From Patescibacteria group bacterium (GTDB lineage Bacteria; Patescibacteriota; Microgenomatia; UBA1400; PJMF01), in NCBI GenBank assembly GCA_016861205.1, contig BOKX01000001.1:392539-456538 (forward strand): 64,000 bases of DNA, read 5' to 3'. How positions within the stretch are numbered: the first letter of the stretch is position 1; every line of letters starts with the position of its first letter. Made by a program: the position numbers and the translations under genes. Below, piece by piece: positions 30,270 to 39,866 of the stretch. Below the pieces are notes generated by a model that did not search any database, was not told where the DNA came from, and worked only from the letters and a program-made list of their open reading frames with translations.

Positions 30270-33200
30270 TTATGTTTGCTTGAGCTGTTCGTATAGTTGT
30301 TCGGGAGATAACAGAGCATCAGCTGTTACTCTGGGTTGGTACTCTCCAATGATCCGCTCAGCTTGGTTCCAATCCACATCTAACACCATCTCTTCCAAAA
30401 TCTGGCGTTGCCCTTCGTAAAACTGTCGATTATGCGTCATATTCTCACCACGATTCTCAACACGGTGCTGGTACTCATGGGAACCTGTTTCAACTAACCT
30501 ATACACAAACTGTTGGGCTGTATCCATAGTCCGGTTACCAAGCACCACATCTTGTAATTGCCTAATAGCTTCAGTATTGGCCATGAAATCCCAGGCTATT
30601 ATGTTGCCAACAGGTCGGTAGTAGGCAATGGCACCCACGCTACCAACCCACCCATGACCAACTGAGGCTTGCCGTCGTTCACTCACTTTAGACAGCAGGT
30701 GCTGGTACATTTGAGTCCAGGCCTGATATATCTCGGTGCCAGATGGAAGCTCCTCCCATCGCACCTCCTGTGTTTTCAAAGCACTTGCTACCTGATTCTT
30801 TTCGGTTTTTTGATCCTGTGCACTCACAGCTTGAACTATCACATTCCGAAGTACGTCGGGCAAACGCTCAAGCTGTGTCGGATCAGTCTTGACCACCTCA
30901 ATACACTCCACAAAAGAAACCGTTCGACCATTCAGTTCAATGCTGGGTATAGAAAATAGCAGTTTAATAAACTTCGCTTGATTGGTTGAGTACTTTGTCC
31001 AGTCAATTGTGTCAGTTTGTCCCGACTCTAACAGCTTTACATCAGCTTCAACATCTGGATTCTCAACTAAATACCGTTGCATGTCTTCAAAAAAGTCATA
31101 AGGCAGCTCAGCCAGCTTCATTTTGCCTTCTGCAAAAAGCTTGATCGTAGCCTGCATCGTCGCAATCAAGACAGCCGTTTCAAGTTGCGGCCAAATTGTT
31201 TCTTTTTGAGCGATATCGGTGCGGCCATCGGTAAGCTTAATTTGCGGGGGAATATCGATCACCAAGCCAAACTGGGTGATGGCTTTTTGACAAATGACTG
31301 GCAACTTATCAGCAATAGATTTATCGATGATTCGTAAACCAAGACCATTTTGTGTTAATCGGTTTGCTCCTCGAATAGTGAATACTCGAACTCTGCCCAA
31401 TGGTGACTCAGCTTGTCCCGCCACGGGTTGATCAGAGTTTATTGTGGTTTCGTTAAACTTAACATTCAGATCAGCCCTCGGCATCAGACTGGTTGTTTCA
31501 ATAAGTTCTTCTTTGACTTTAGCTAGCTCAAGAGCTGCTGTATCACTGGCTTTTTGCCAAACTATCTTGGTTCCTTTGTACTCTTCGTCACGCTGTTCTA
31601 TTTGATACTGGATATCAACCACTTTGCCGTCTTTCCTGACAGGCACACACCGCAAGTAAATGACATGGCCATCACCGATTGAGGTTTTGATGTTAACTTC
31701 TGATGCCTCTTTAAAAATCGAAAAGAAACCATGACCATAGTAACCAATTGCCTCAGCACTCTCCCAATCACTCACTTGAGGAATCAGCAAATTATTGAGA
31801 ACTTGTTGCAGTGTCATTCCCACATTGTCTTCAACGGAAACAGTGAGTTGGTCGTCTTTGGCAAACGCTTTCACATCGGCAAATGGGTTTTCTTGACCAC
31901 GAGTCGCGTTGTAGGTATTTTGAACCAGCTCGCGCAACCAGTTGAAACTTTCAATTCCCTGGTAATTGACCGCATGCTCAATGCGACGTTGACCAAGCTC
32001 TCGACTCAAAGCTGGCAAGACATCACCCTTGGCAGTAGTTTTAAATACTTCAAGCAGGGCGGCTGAGTCTTGTTTCTCTTGAGATAAGTAGTTGGCAACC
32101 AAATGACTGGCCTGCACATTCACTGCTCGGTCAGGATTAATCTCGACTGAATCAGTGCTGATACCCTGGCTCAGACCAGATAAGAAATCTAAATATGCGC
32201 GGACTTCGGTACTGTACACGCCCCAATCAACCTTGCCAGCACTCATGTCATCGACAGCTCTCGATAACTGCTTGATAAGCTCTTTTACCTGGGGAGCCGG
32301 CCGTTTTAGAATATCTTGAAAAACGTTCAACAACTTTTTATGTGTCTCGCCCGTTTGGTCACGGTACTCAGCCAGCTTGGTCCCAGGTTGTACATTGATG
32401 AGCAGGTCTTGAATTTGTAAAAAAGACTGCAGAAACTCAGCTGGCATGTCTTTGAAGACAGTAATTCTTTCCTTGACCATTTCTGGTGTTTCATTCTCGA
32501 TGATCACCATTGAGCGAAAAGAACTCAATTTATTGGTGTACAGTATCTGCCTCTCTTGCAGTGCTAGTTGTAAGTACTGGTCAAATACTTCTGGTGGGTA
32601 GCTTGTTAAAGCAATCATGACTCTTAACCAGTCACTGTTTGCACTGATCTGTTCTGCCATGGCTGTTTTGACGAGTTTGACCACATTCTCTTTATGTAAC
32701 GGCTTGGTTAGAATGTGCACTGGGTCAGCCAGACTCCTGACCATTTCAATGATTACGTATTGTGAGGTACTTAATCTCTCCTTAAAAAGATACTGGCGAA
32801 TCTCAGGGTCCATGTAGAGCTCAACAAAAATGTGCTGATTTTGGTCGATGGCAGCTCGGACGGCTGGCTCAGCAATCCCAGCATACAGTGCCTCCATCCT
32901 CAACTTATCGTGAGTCATTCCTGACCTTGATATTTCGACTGTTAACGACTCAACGGTGGGTTCTTGATCAGTAAATAAGCTTGGTTCTTCACTTCTGGTA
33001 AATTTTGCTTTGTACGCTTCGATATCGATTTCTTTTTGTCGATCGTACTGGATAAACCACTTCAAAAAGCGCACCTTATTTTCGGCTGTGGCTTGAGGTG
33101 AGTTCAGCATTCTTAAGGTGCGAGGGGTGTTAAAGATAGCCGCAAAAAAATGTGTATCAAAAATGTTACTGAGCATGTTTGTTTCACGGGCCAATTCATC

Positions 33201-35849
33201 GTCTGGTTCTACATTCACTTTTTCTGCATTAAAAAGTGAGAGATCGACTCGGATACGGCGCTCAGCAATCAGCTTACCCAGTTCACCAGATCGGACTATG
33301 TGTCGCAGTAACTCGGTGTCAGTCAGCACAACTACAGCTTCATTCAGGGCGGTCAGCACTTGGCACCAGAGCCCAAACGTAGCTAGCTTAACTTTGTCAC
33401 TGTCACTGTGTGACTGGTTTCTAAATTGTGTAATAATAAATTCGCGCGTTGCCTCAGACTCTTTGACATTATTTTTATTTCGACGACCTTGTACATAGCT
33501 TGTCCATTCGCTGGTTAATTCAGCAGACAGTCCCACTTTTTGAGCAATTTTTTGAGTTTGCTCAAACTGATTTGCACCTCTCATGTCTAAAAAGAATCTC
33601 AGGCATTCATTGGCCGTTGTGTCAGTAACCACTTGAGATACTAGATCTACATCAGCGCCAAGTTTTAATGGAGTCAGAATAGATGAGTAAGGCTCGATAT
33701 CTTCACCCATCGTGGCTACAACGTCAGTTATAACTTTTTTGACATAAAAAAGTTGCAATTTTTCAACTGTTTCAAATTCGGCAGCTATTTCGATCCGATA
33801 ATCTGGTCCATCATCCGATCGATTCACACCCTTTCGTCCCATTCCCCTAAGAATGTTGTCCATTTGGTTGAAAGCTTTTAACCTGCCCCGCCCTGTTTCT
33901 TCTTTTTTTGCCTGCTCCGTTCGAACTTGCTCAAGATACTCACCGTAACTCATCACTTGCTCTGGCTCAATTATCTGCTCGCCCCTCACGCGAGCTACAT
34001 GAACTCTAAGTTGGCCTGGCATGGATCGGTATGTCTCGATAAAGTGAGCCAGTCTTTCTTTCCGAGCTTTACTGTCGGCAGCTTCTTCTGATCGACGACG
34101 ACGATACTCGCCACCTGCTCTGCCTGTGCCAGCTGACATTGCTTCTCCGAATGGCGAAACATCCCCCGCCGATGTTTGAGCTGGTTGATACTCAAGTTTT
34201 GGTCGTTTTTGATCTGACTCTGGACTCGTGACTGTCCGAGACAGTTTATATGGATTCTTAATTTTTAAGTCGTCATCGACTGCTAGATTGTAGACGTCAA
34301 GCAATGCACTTAAAACAGGTCTCATGTGAGGATCGTTGTCATCGATTTTTTCATTGAGCAAAATCACATCACCGCAAACGGCTAAGGCCCGAGTCGGCTC
34401 TTGAAATGGCACTTTGATAATTTTCACCCCATCTACCTCTTGAATTGTGCGATCTTTGACCCGAACATTAAATGGGATTAGTTCTTGATTCAAACTCAAT
34501 ACGTTAGTCAAGTTGACCGCTGCCAGCTCATGGCCATTGGGCAGCAAGGTCATTTCAGGAGGTAAATCGAGTACCCAATGCATGGCCAGGCGTCTAAAAC
34601 TCTTATCGAGTTGTAAGTTATTTTTGACGAGCTTGTTTCGGGACTGAAGGATTTTGACAGCCTCGGCTAAACCATTTAGTAGCTGGGCTTTTTGCTGTTG
34701 CTCCATGGGAATCTGAAAGATTAAAGCCAGGAGATCGTTGAAAGCCGTGGCAACAGCCTCATTTAACTCAACTTTGTCACGTGACTTGGGTAACTCGGTG
34801 GTGAGTGGTAAGTCAAACACCAACTGCTTTGGAATCTGAAAACCTGCTACTTCAATTTCCTCCACTAACACCCCACCGACATCAATTCTGACTCGGCACT
34901 GTTCTCCAACTTCGGGACTGTAAAGAAAACGACCCACGGAAAAAACGTGCTCTTTGAGGTGTGACGTATTGTTCAGCTCTTTTTCATTACCACGGCTTCT
35001 CACTTTAACCTTGGCTCGGCTCTCCGGTAAATCTTGCAACACATTTGACAAGTAGTCCTCAATTTCGGTAGCTTGGATAGCTGCAGATTGAACGGTCACT
35101 TTGGTTTTCACCTGCTCTGCTGTCAGCTGCGCCTGCTCAATATCCGTCAGAGGTTTGATCGAAACCTGGTACCTGCCATTCTGGAAACCATCAGCAGTTG
35201 CTACCCTAGTCAGGGTGACCGACACGCCAGCTTTGGCATCACGAGTCTTGGACTTGATAGTGATACTCGAATTTGGTTCGTTAAGATAATTGAGCAATGA
35301 GTAAAAACCGACTCCAAACCGACCTGTGGTTTGGTCTGTCAGATCCGTGTTACCAGTAATTTTAGGAATGAGCAACTTCGTAACGATGGTTTTTAAATCC
35401 ATCCCCTCACCATCGTCACTAACCTCAAACAAACCATCCTCAATAACAGTTGTCACTACTGGAGGATTTGCCAATCGATCCTCACGTGTTTTGCCTTCTT
35501 TGTTCGCCTGACGCGTTATCGAATCACCCGCATTAAAAATGACCTCAGCCATGGCGCGTCTACGATCAGTAAACTGGTAATTAGCTTCGTCATAGAGTGC
35601 TTTTTCCCAGTTTTTGATGTTGAGCTTCTTGCCGATCAGGGTACTCAATTCCGGATTTTTCTCAAGGGCGTATAGCAATCCCTTAAACTCATCAGGATCG
35701 CTGCTCACCACTTGCGAAACCAGTTCTGCCAATGACCCCTCGTACACTTGGCCACGCATTTTCTCTAGCCATGGGTGCTCAGTAGCAGCCACCACCTCAC
35801 CAACAGGCACAACCTGACTACGAAGACCCGCATCGACCATCACACACAT
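30270..35849 (-). CDS. 1859-aa protein with two HSP90-like GHKL ATPase modules and a C-terminal HExxH..H zinc-metalloprotease-like motif
   Basis: Module 1: EVIFNAGD, DDGEGM, GRFGVGFYS. Module 2: RELVQNTYNA, EDNVGM, GYYGHGFFS, GTKI. C-terminus: HEYQH...THNRQF. Confidence 0.8.
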   Translation of the reverse strand: MCVMVDAGLRSQVVPVGEVVAATEHPWLEKMRGQVYEGSLAELVSQVVSSDPDEFKGLLYALEKNPELSTLIGKKLNIKNWEKALYDEANYQFTDRRRAMAEVIFNAGDSITRQANKEGKTREDRLANPPVVTTVIEDGLFEVSDDGEGMDLKTIVTKLLIPKITGNTDLTDQTTGRFGVGFYSLLNYLNEPNSSITIKSKTRDAKAGVSVTLTRVATADGFQNGRYQVSIKPLTDIEQAQLTAEQVKTKVTVQSAAIQATEIEDYLSNVLQDLPESRAKVKVRSRGNEKELNNTSHLKEHVFSVGRFLYSPEVGEQCRVRIDVGGVLVEEIEVAGFQIPKQLVFDLPLTTELPKSRDKVELNEAVATAFNDLLALIFQIPMEQQQKAQLLNGLAEAVKILQSRNKLVKNNLQLDKSFRRLAMHWVLDLPPEMTLLPNGHELAAVNLTNVLSLNQELIPFNVRVKDRTIQEVDGVKIIKVPFQEPTRALAVCGDVILLNEKIDDNDPHMRPVLSALLDVYNLAVDDDLKIKNPYKLSRTVTSPESDQKRPKLEYQPAQTSAGDVSPFGEAMSAGTGRAGGEYRRRRSEEAADSKARKERLAHFIETYRSMPGQLRVHVARVRGEQIIEPEQVMSYGEYLEQVRTEQAKKEETGRGRLKAFNQMDNILRGMGRKGVNRSDDGPDYRIEIAAEFETVEKLQLFYVKKVITDVVATMGEDIEPYSSILTPLKLGADVDLVSQVVTDTTANECLRFFLDMRGANQFEQTQKIAQKVGLSAELTSEWTSYVQGRRNKNNVKESEATREFIITQFRNQSHSDSDKVKLATFGLWCQVLTALNEAVVVLTDTELLRHIVRSGELGKLIAERRIRVDLSLFNAEKVNVEPDDELARETNMLSNIFDTHFFAAIFNTPRTLRMLNSPQATAENKVRFLKWFIQYDRQKEIDIEAYKAKFTRSEEPSLFTDQEPTVESLTVEISRSGMTHDKLRMEALYAGIAEPAVRAAIDQNQHIFVELYMDPEIRQYLFKERLSTSQYVIIEMVRSLADPVHILTKPLHKENVVKLVKTAMAEQISANSDWLRVMIALTSYPPEVFDQYLQLALQERQILYTNKLSSFRSMVIIENETPEMVKERITVFKDMPAEFLQSFLQIQDLLINVQPGTKLAEYRDQTGETHKKLLNVFQDILKRPAPQVKELIKQLSRAVDDMSAGKVDWGVYSTEVRAYLDFLSGLSQGISTDSVEINPDRAVNVQASHLVANYLSQEKQDSAALLEVFKTTAKGDVLPALSRELGQRRIEHAVNYQGIESFNWLRELVQNTYNATRGQENPFADVKAFAKDDQLTVSVEDNVGMTLQQVLNNLLIPQVSDWESAEAIGYYGHGFFSIFKEASEVNIKTSIGDGHVIYLRCVPVRKDGKVVDIQYQIEQRDEEYKGTKIVWQKASDTAALELAKVKEELIETTSLMPRADLNVKFNETTINSDQPVAGQAESPLGRVRVFTIRGANRLTQNGLGLRIIDKSIADKLPVICQKAITQFGLVIDIPPQIKLTDGRTDIAQKETIWPQLETAVLIATMQATIKLFAEGKMKLAELPYDFFEDMQRYLVENPDVEADVKLLESGQTDTIDWTKYSTNQAKFIKLLFSIPSIELNGRTVSFVECIEVVKTDPTQLERLPDVLRNVIVQAVSAQDQKTEKNQVASALKTQEVRWEELPSGTEIYQAWTQMYQHLLSKVSERRQASVGHGWVGSVGAIAYYRPVGNIIAWDFMANTEAIRQLQDVVLGNRTMDTAQQFVYRLVETGSHEYQHRVENRGENMTHNRQFYEGQRQILEEMVLDVDWNQAERIIGEYQPRVTADALLSPEQLYEQLKQT

Positions 35850-35910
35850 AACTCCATAATAGGTGCCTAAAAAAAAGAAAACAAGTCACGCACTAGAAGT
35901 AAGCTGCTTA

Positions 35911-37002
35911 CTAATTACCGTCTGCCGTCGACTGGCTCACGTACTGCTGGTCCAGTGCAGGCACGTAGCCCAAAAAGCCATCATCACCTTCAAAAACGTA
36001 AATCGGCTGTAAGTAATCCTGTTCATCGAAACTATCGAAATACCCCAGGTAGATATCCCGAATTACAGCTTGTTGACCGTTACCAGGATTCGCAATATAC
36101 CCCTCGCCAGCTTGCAAAACTTTCCAAGCTGCCTGTGAACTGCGCAGCGGATACGTATGAACCTGAGCGTACTCGACTGGTTGGTAGTCGTAATTGAGAC
36201 GAACGATCCCGTCGTTATTATCAAAAGCCCCGGTCACGATTGCCTCAACAGAACCACGTCCATTCGGCGTGTACATCTGATACCGACCATCAATGGGATT
36301 ACGGAACAGGTCAACCTGAATAAAGTTGGCATCAGATACAGAGACAGCCTCTTCCAACTCACCCCCAACTACTTTTAGAAACTTGGTTTTACCAGCAACC
36401 GTTGCCATGTCTGAAGACAGTAGTTGTGCTCGTTGCAAATAACTTTTGACCTGTGAGACAGCCTTAAATGTATCTGGCAAATCCTTGTCTGCCAACAGCT
36501 CCGGCCGACTCAAAAAGTCTGTGGTTAACTCCAGACGATTGGTCTGGATATCCATCTCGAGTGTAGACTCGATCGGTTTTGACTTGGTCCACCGGTACGT
36601 TCGCTCATCGAGAATCTGTGGATCAAACAAAAAATCCAGATTTGCTGCCCGTTTACGAGCATCCTCGTCAGCTAACAAACTTGGACTGGAGCGAGGCATG
36701 AAAAATACTTTGGCTCGATCACCGAAGTTTGGGGTAGTTCCCGTGGCTGTTTCCAGAGTATAAGAGGCTGGCTTATCCTCGCTACTCTGCTCAGGAAAAG
36801 TTATGGCAGGCAGTAACCCAAATCCCACCGTTGGTGGTGGTGGTGGCGGTGGATGTGTCGCTTTCCAGTAGGCACTGAAAGCTGAAAACATCGTTCGACC
36901 CACAATTAATGCTACGACTGCAATTGCTCCAAACTTAACTGCTTGCCGACCTAGAAACGCCACCATCGTCAAGTTTGGGCCGGTATTAGTGGTGGTTGGC
37001 AT
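35911..37002 (-). CDS. Membrane-anchored hypothetical protein
   Basis: N-terminal TM, poly-Pro linker, FG.LP, YLQPIYVFEG. Confidence 0.75.
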   Translation of the reverse strand: MPTTTNTGPNLTMVAFLGRQAVKFGAIAVVALIVGRTMFSAFSAYWKATHPPPPPPPTVGFGLLPAITFPEQSSEDKPASYTLETATGTTPNFGDRAKVFFMPRSSPSLLADEDARKRAANLDFLFDPQILDERTYRWTKSKPIESTLEMDIQTNRLELTTDFLSRPELLADKDLPDTFKAVSQVKSYLQRAQLLSSDMATVAGKTKFLKVVGGELEEAVSVSDANFIQVDLFRNPIDGRYQMYTPNGRGSVEAIVTGAFDNNDGIVRLNYDYQPVEYAQVHTYPLRSSQAAWKVLQAGEGYIANPGNGQQAVIRDIYLGYFDSFDEQDYLQPIYVFEGDDGFLGYVPALDQQYVSQSTADGN

Positions 37003-37019
37003 ACAGGTAGTGTAGCAAG

Positions 37020-37952
37020 TTACTCAGGTTCAATCCAGCGATAGTGTTGCTTGAGCCAGTCAAGAATGGCAGAGGTATCACCATAACGATCACTACTACC
37101 CATTACCACGATAGCCACTTCGTGACCTTTAACATCGGCTATGCTGACCAACACCTCGCCTGCTAGCTCTGTAGTCCCTGTCTTCCCCGCTACGACACCT
37201 TTATCTGCCCCTAACAGTTGGTTCGTTGATCGCAACTGGTGCTGACGCTGTCCCGTGATGTCACTGATAGTGTACTGCTTCGTACTGAGTATCGGCCGCA
37301 CCACCTGATCTTGGCTAGCAATTCGTGCGAGTAGCGCCAAATCCCGAGCTGTAGTCAAATGGTTAGTTTGATCTAGACCAGACGGATTGGTAAAGTGAGT
37401 GTCCTTGAGCGACCACTCTTTAGCTGCTTGATTCATCGCCGCCACAAAGCCACTGTAACCAAGTTGATGGTGATTGGCTAAAGCAAACGCCGCATCATTT
37501 CCTGAAGTCATCAGTAAACCATAGAGCAAATTGTGAACAGTGAGTTGTTCACCGACTGTCAACTGCATGACAGTGCCTTGACTAAAAGCTTCTTCACCAA
37601 TGGTCACTATCTGATCAAGTGGATAAATATGTTTGGCAACCAAAGCCGTTAGCAACTTGGTGGTTGAGGCAGGTGACCGAGGCTGGGTGCTACTTTTTTC
37701 CAGCAAAATGCTGCCGCTCGCCACATCCTGCACCATCACAGCCTGAGCAGAAACAGATGGTGGAACTAGTTGTGCACCTGGAACATCAGGCACTGGCACC
37801 GGTGCGGGCTTTACCAAAGTTACTGTGTGTGACTGAGGTTGAAGTTCACTACCTGCTACAACCCAGTGAGTAGTCTTCGTTAGACCTGTAGCAGCCACGC
37901 AAGCTACAACCACCCCCAACGTTAACCACTGATCTGCGCGTAATCCAGCCAT
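37020..37952 (-). CDS. D-alanyl-D-alanine carboxypeptidase (peptidase S11, DacA-like)
   Basis: SxxK (ASTTK), SGN, F.NPSGL, KTG motifs. Confidence 0.93.
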   Translation of the reverse strand: MAGLRADQWLTLGVVVACVAATGLTKTTHWVVAGSELQPQSHTVTLVKPAPVPVPDVPGAQLVPPSVSAQAVMVQDVASGSILLEKSSTQPRSPASTTKLLTALVAKHIYPLDQIVTIGEEAFSQGTVMQLTVGEQLTVHNLLYGLLMTSGNDAAFALANHHQLGYSGFVAAMNQAAKEWSLKDTHFTNPSGLDQTNHLTTARDLALLARIASQDQVVRPILSTKQYTISDITGQRQHQLRSTNQLLGADKGVVAGKTGTTELAGEVLVSIADVKGHEVAIVVMGSSDRYGDTSAILDWLKQHYRWIEPE

Positions 37953-38019
37953 AACCAATCACTATTGTACTGGGTTTCGAACCGCTTTCACAATCCGGTT
38001 GGTAACAAACTGGATTCGG

Positions 38020-39438
38020 TTACTTGTTTATCACCTTCAGATGCAGTTCGGCCAGCTGCTCGTCAGTGACTGGGCTTGGGGCATCCATCACGGCGGTCCG
38101 GCCAGAGGCGGTCATTGGGAAAGCGATGACTTCTTTGAGTGAGGTTTCACCAGCCAACAGCATCACCATCCGGTCAAGACCTAACGCAATACCACCGTGC
38201 GGCGGGGTTCCCACTTCAAACGCGTCCAACATGTGGCCGACACTGTCACGAATTTCCTCATCCGAGTACCCCATGACTTTAAACGTTGCGGCCAACAACT
38301 CTGGTCGATGAGCGCGGATGCTGCCACCACCTACTTCATAACCGTTACAAACCAAGTCGTACTGCGTGGTCAAAATCTCGCCGATCTGCTCACCTTTCAG
38401 CAGCATCTCCTGGTGTTCAGGCAACGGTGCACTGAATGGATTATGAGTAAAGGTCCAACCACTCTTGCCATCACGAACTTCGGCTGCATCAGCCTTGTCT
38501 ACTTGTTTGAAGAATGGAAAGTTAACCACCCAGGCAAAAGCTAGAACGCCATTGGCTTTATCCTCTTCACTGCGCAAGTCGAAGCGGTCGGCACCATACT
38601 TGGCCATAGCATCTTGGTAATCAACCACTGGGAAGGTCTCAGCCTTGAGCTTGCCACCAACTGCCTTAACAGCCGACTTAACCATCGACTCCACTGTTTG
38701 CATGACGTCATCACGCTCGACGAAACTCAACTCTAAGTCGAGCTGGGTGAACTCAAAACCACGGTCAGCGCGCAAGTCTTCGTCACGGATGCACCGGGCA
38801 AACTGGAAGTACCGTTCAACACCAGCGGTCATCAACAGCTGCTTGTACTGTTGGGGACTCTGGGGCAAGGCATAAAACTTACCAGGTTGAAAACGACTCG
38901 GTACCACAAAGTCGCGGGCTCCTTCTTTGGTTGACTTGGTCAACATAGGGGTTTCGACTTCAGTAAAGTTTTGCTCGTATAGTGCTTCGCGCAAGGCCCG
39001 GAAGTAGTCTGATCGAAGCTTAACAATGTTACGCATCCGTTCGCGGCGAAGGTCTAAATAGCGGTAACGCAACCGGACTTCTTCACTAACTTCACGACCA
39101 TCACCCTCCACCAAAATGGGAAGCTCTTTGGCTGGATTCAAGATCTCATAAGCTTTGACCTCAAACTCAATATTGCCATTGATGACGTTGGCGTTGACCA
39201 ACTTAGCAGGTCGCTCTTTGACCAATCCTGTCACAGAAATAACTGACTCAGTGGTCAGTTCACCCATCATTTGAAAACCCACACACTGGAGCTTGCCAGT
39301 GCGGTCGCGCAAATCAATGAACGTTAACTTACCATGGTCACGTTTGGTATCTACCCAACCTACCAGGGTCACGGTCTGACCCAATTGCGAGGCCACTTGG
39401 CCAATTGGTAGTTGCTGGGTGGTTGTTGAACTGGTCAT
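38020..39438 (-). CDS. aspS: Aspartate--tRNA ligase, bacterial type lacking the GAD insertion domain
   Basis: RDHG..FIDLRD, RYRYLDLRR, EGARDF, LPQSPQ, RDEDLRADR, PPHGG.A.GLDR; 472 aa. Confidence 0.96.
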   Translation of the reverse strand: MTSSTTTQQLPIGQVASQLGQTVTLVGWVDTKRDHGKLTFIDLRDRTGKLQCVGFQMMGELTTESVISVTGLVKERPAKLVNANVINGNIEFEVKAYEILNPAKELPILVEGDGREVSEEVRLRYRYLDLRRERMRNIVKLRSDYFRALREALYEQNFTEVETPMLTKSTKEGARDFVVPSRFQPGKFYALPQSPQQYKQLLMTAGVERYFQFARCIRDEDLRADRGFEFTQLDLELSFVERDDVMQTVESMVKSAVKAVGGKLKAETFPVVDYQDAMAKYGADRFDLRSEEDKANGVLAFAWVVNFPFFKQVDKADAAEVRDGKSGWTFTHNPFSAPLPEHQEMLLKGEQIGEILTTQYDLVCNGYEVGGGSIRAHRPELLAATFKVMGYSDEEIRDSVGHMLDAFEVGTPPHGGIALGLDRMVMLLAGETSLKEVIAFPMTASGRTAVMDAPSPVTDEQLAELHLKVINK

Positions 39439-39498
39439 ACAACTCCTTGTCCCGCCAGTAGCGGGGCTTTATATAAAATAATGTTTCTAACGAGCTAC

Positions 39499-39544
39499 AA
39501 AAAAAGCCCTCTCGTTTTAACCAACCTGGCTAAAACGAAAAGGC
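39499..39544 (-). terminator. Intrinsic terminator of the aspS leader
   Basis: GCCTTTTCGTTTTAGCC / GGTTAAAACGAGAGGGC stem followed by TTTTTTT. Confidence 0.88.
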
Positions 39545-39678
39545 TTTCTCAATTGCTTGAGAAAAGGTGCCAACCTCTTCACTACTTATTTCCAGCGATT
39601 TCGGGCTTACCCGCTTAGTTGCTCGGGGTTGTCAGGCCCAAGTAGATCAAGTCAAACTCGATCAATGACTACGCCCGT
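39499..39678 (-). promoter_or_regulatory. T-box riboswitch-like leader of aspS (antiterminator plus terminator)
   Basis: AAGAGGT-[TGGCACC bulge]-TTTTCTCAA-GCAA-TTGAGAAA-GCCTTTT overlaps a long terminator with T7; GAC triplets in the upstream stem; extended -10 TGATATACT. Confidence 0.8.
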
Positions 39679-39700
39679 AAGTATATCACAATTTTTTTGG

Positions 39701-39728
39701 TTGACATATATGTTTATTTCGCTAAAAT
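39701..39728 (+). promoter_or_regulatory. Sigma70-type promoter
   Basis: TTGACA-N16-TAAAAT. Confidence 0.7.
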
Positions 39729-39739
39729 AGCTCTTTGGT

Positions 39740-39820
39740 ATGTATCAAATGCATCACACCACTACCCGTCAAGTCTTTGCCCTTATTTGGACCCAAGGGC
39801 GGGTGTGTAGTGCAGCGTAA
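39740..39820 (+). CDS. Putative attenuator leader peptide MYQMHHTTTRQVFALIWTQGRVCSAA
   Basis: 26-aa ORF between promoter and terminator; CAT CAC ACC ACT ACC codon run; absent from ORF track. Confidence 0.55.
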   Translation: MYQMHHTTTRQVFALIWTQGRVCSAA

Positions 39821-39841
39821 GTAAAAAAAAGCACAAACAAC

Positions 39842-39866
39842 ACCCCGCCACACCGGCGGGGTTTTT
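39842..39866 (+). terminator. Intrinsic terminator/attenuator hairpin directly before ATG 39871
   Basis: ACCCCGCC-acacc-GGCGGGGT then TTTT. Confidence 0.75.

Noticed and set aside
37992-38016. Hairpin AATCCGGTT/AACTGGATT after aspS
   Set aside because: It lacks a U-tract, so it is too weak to call a terminator.
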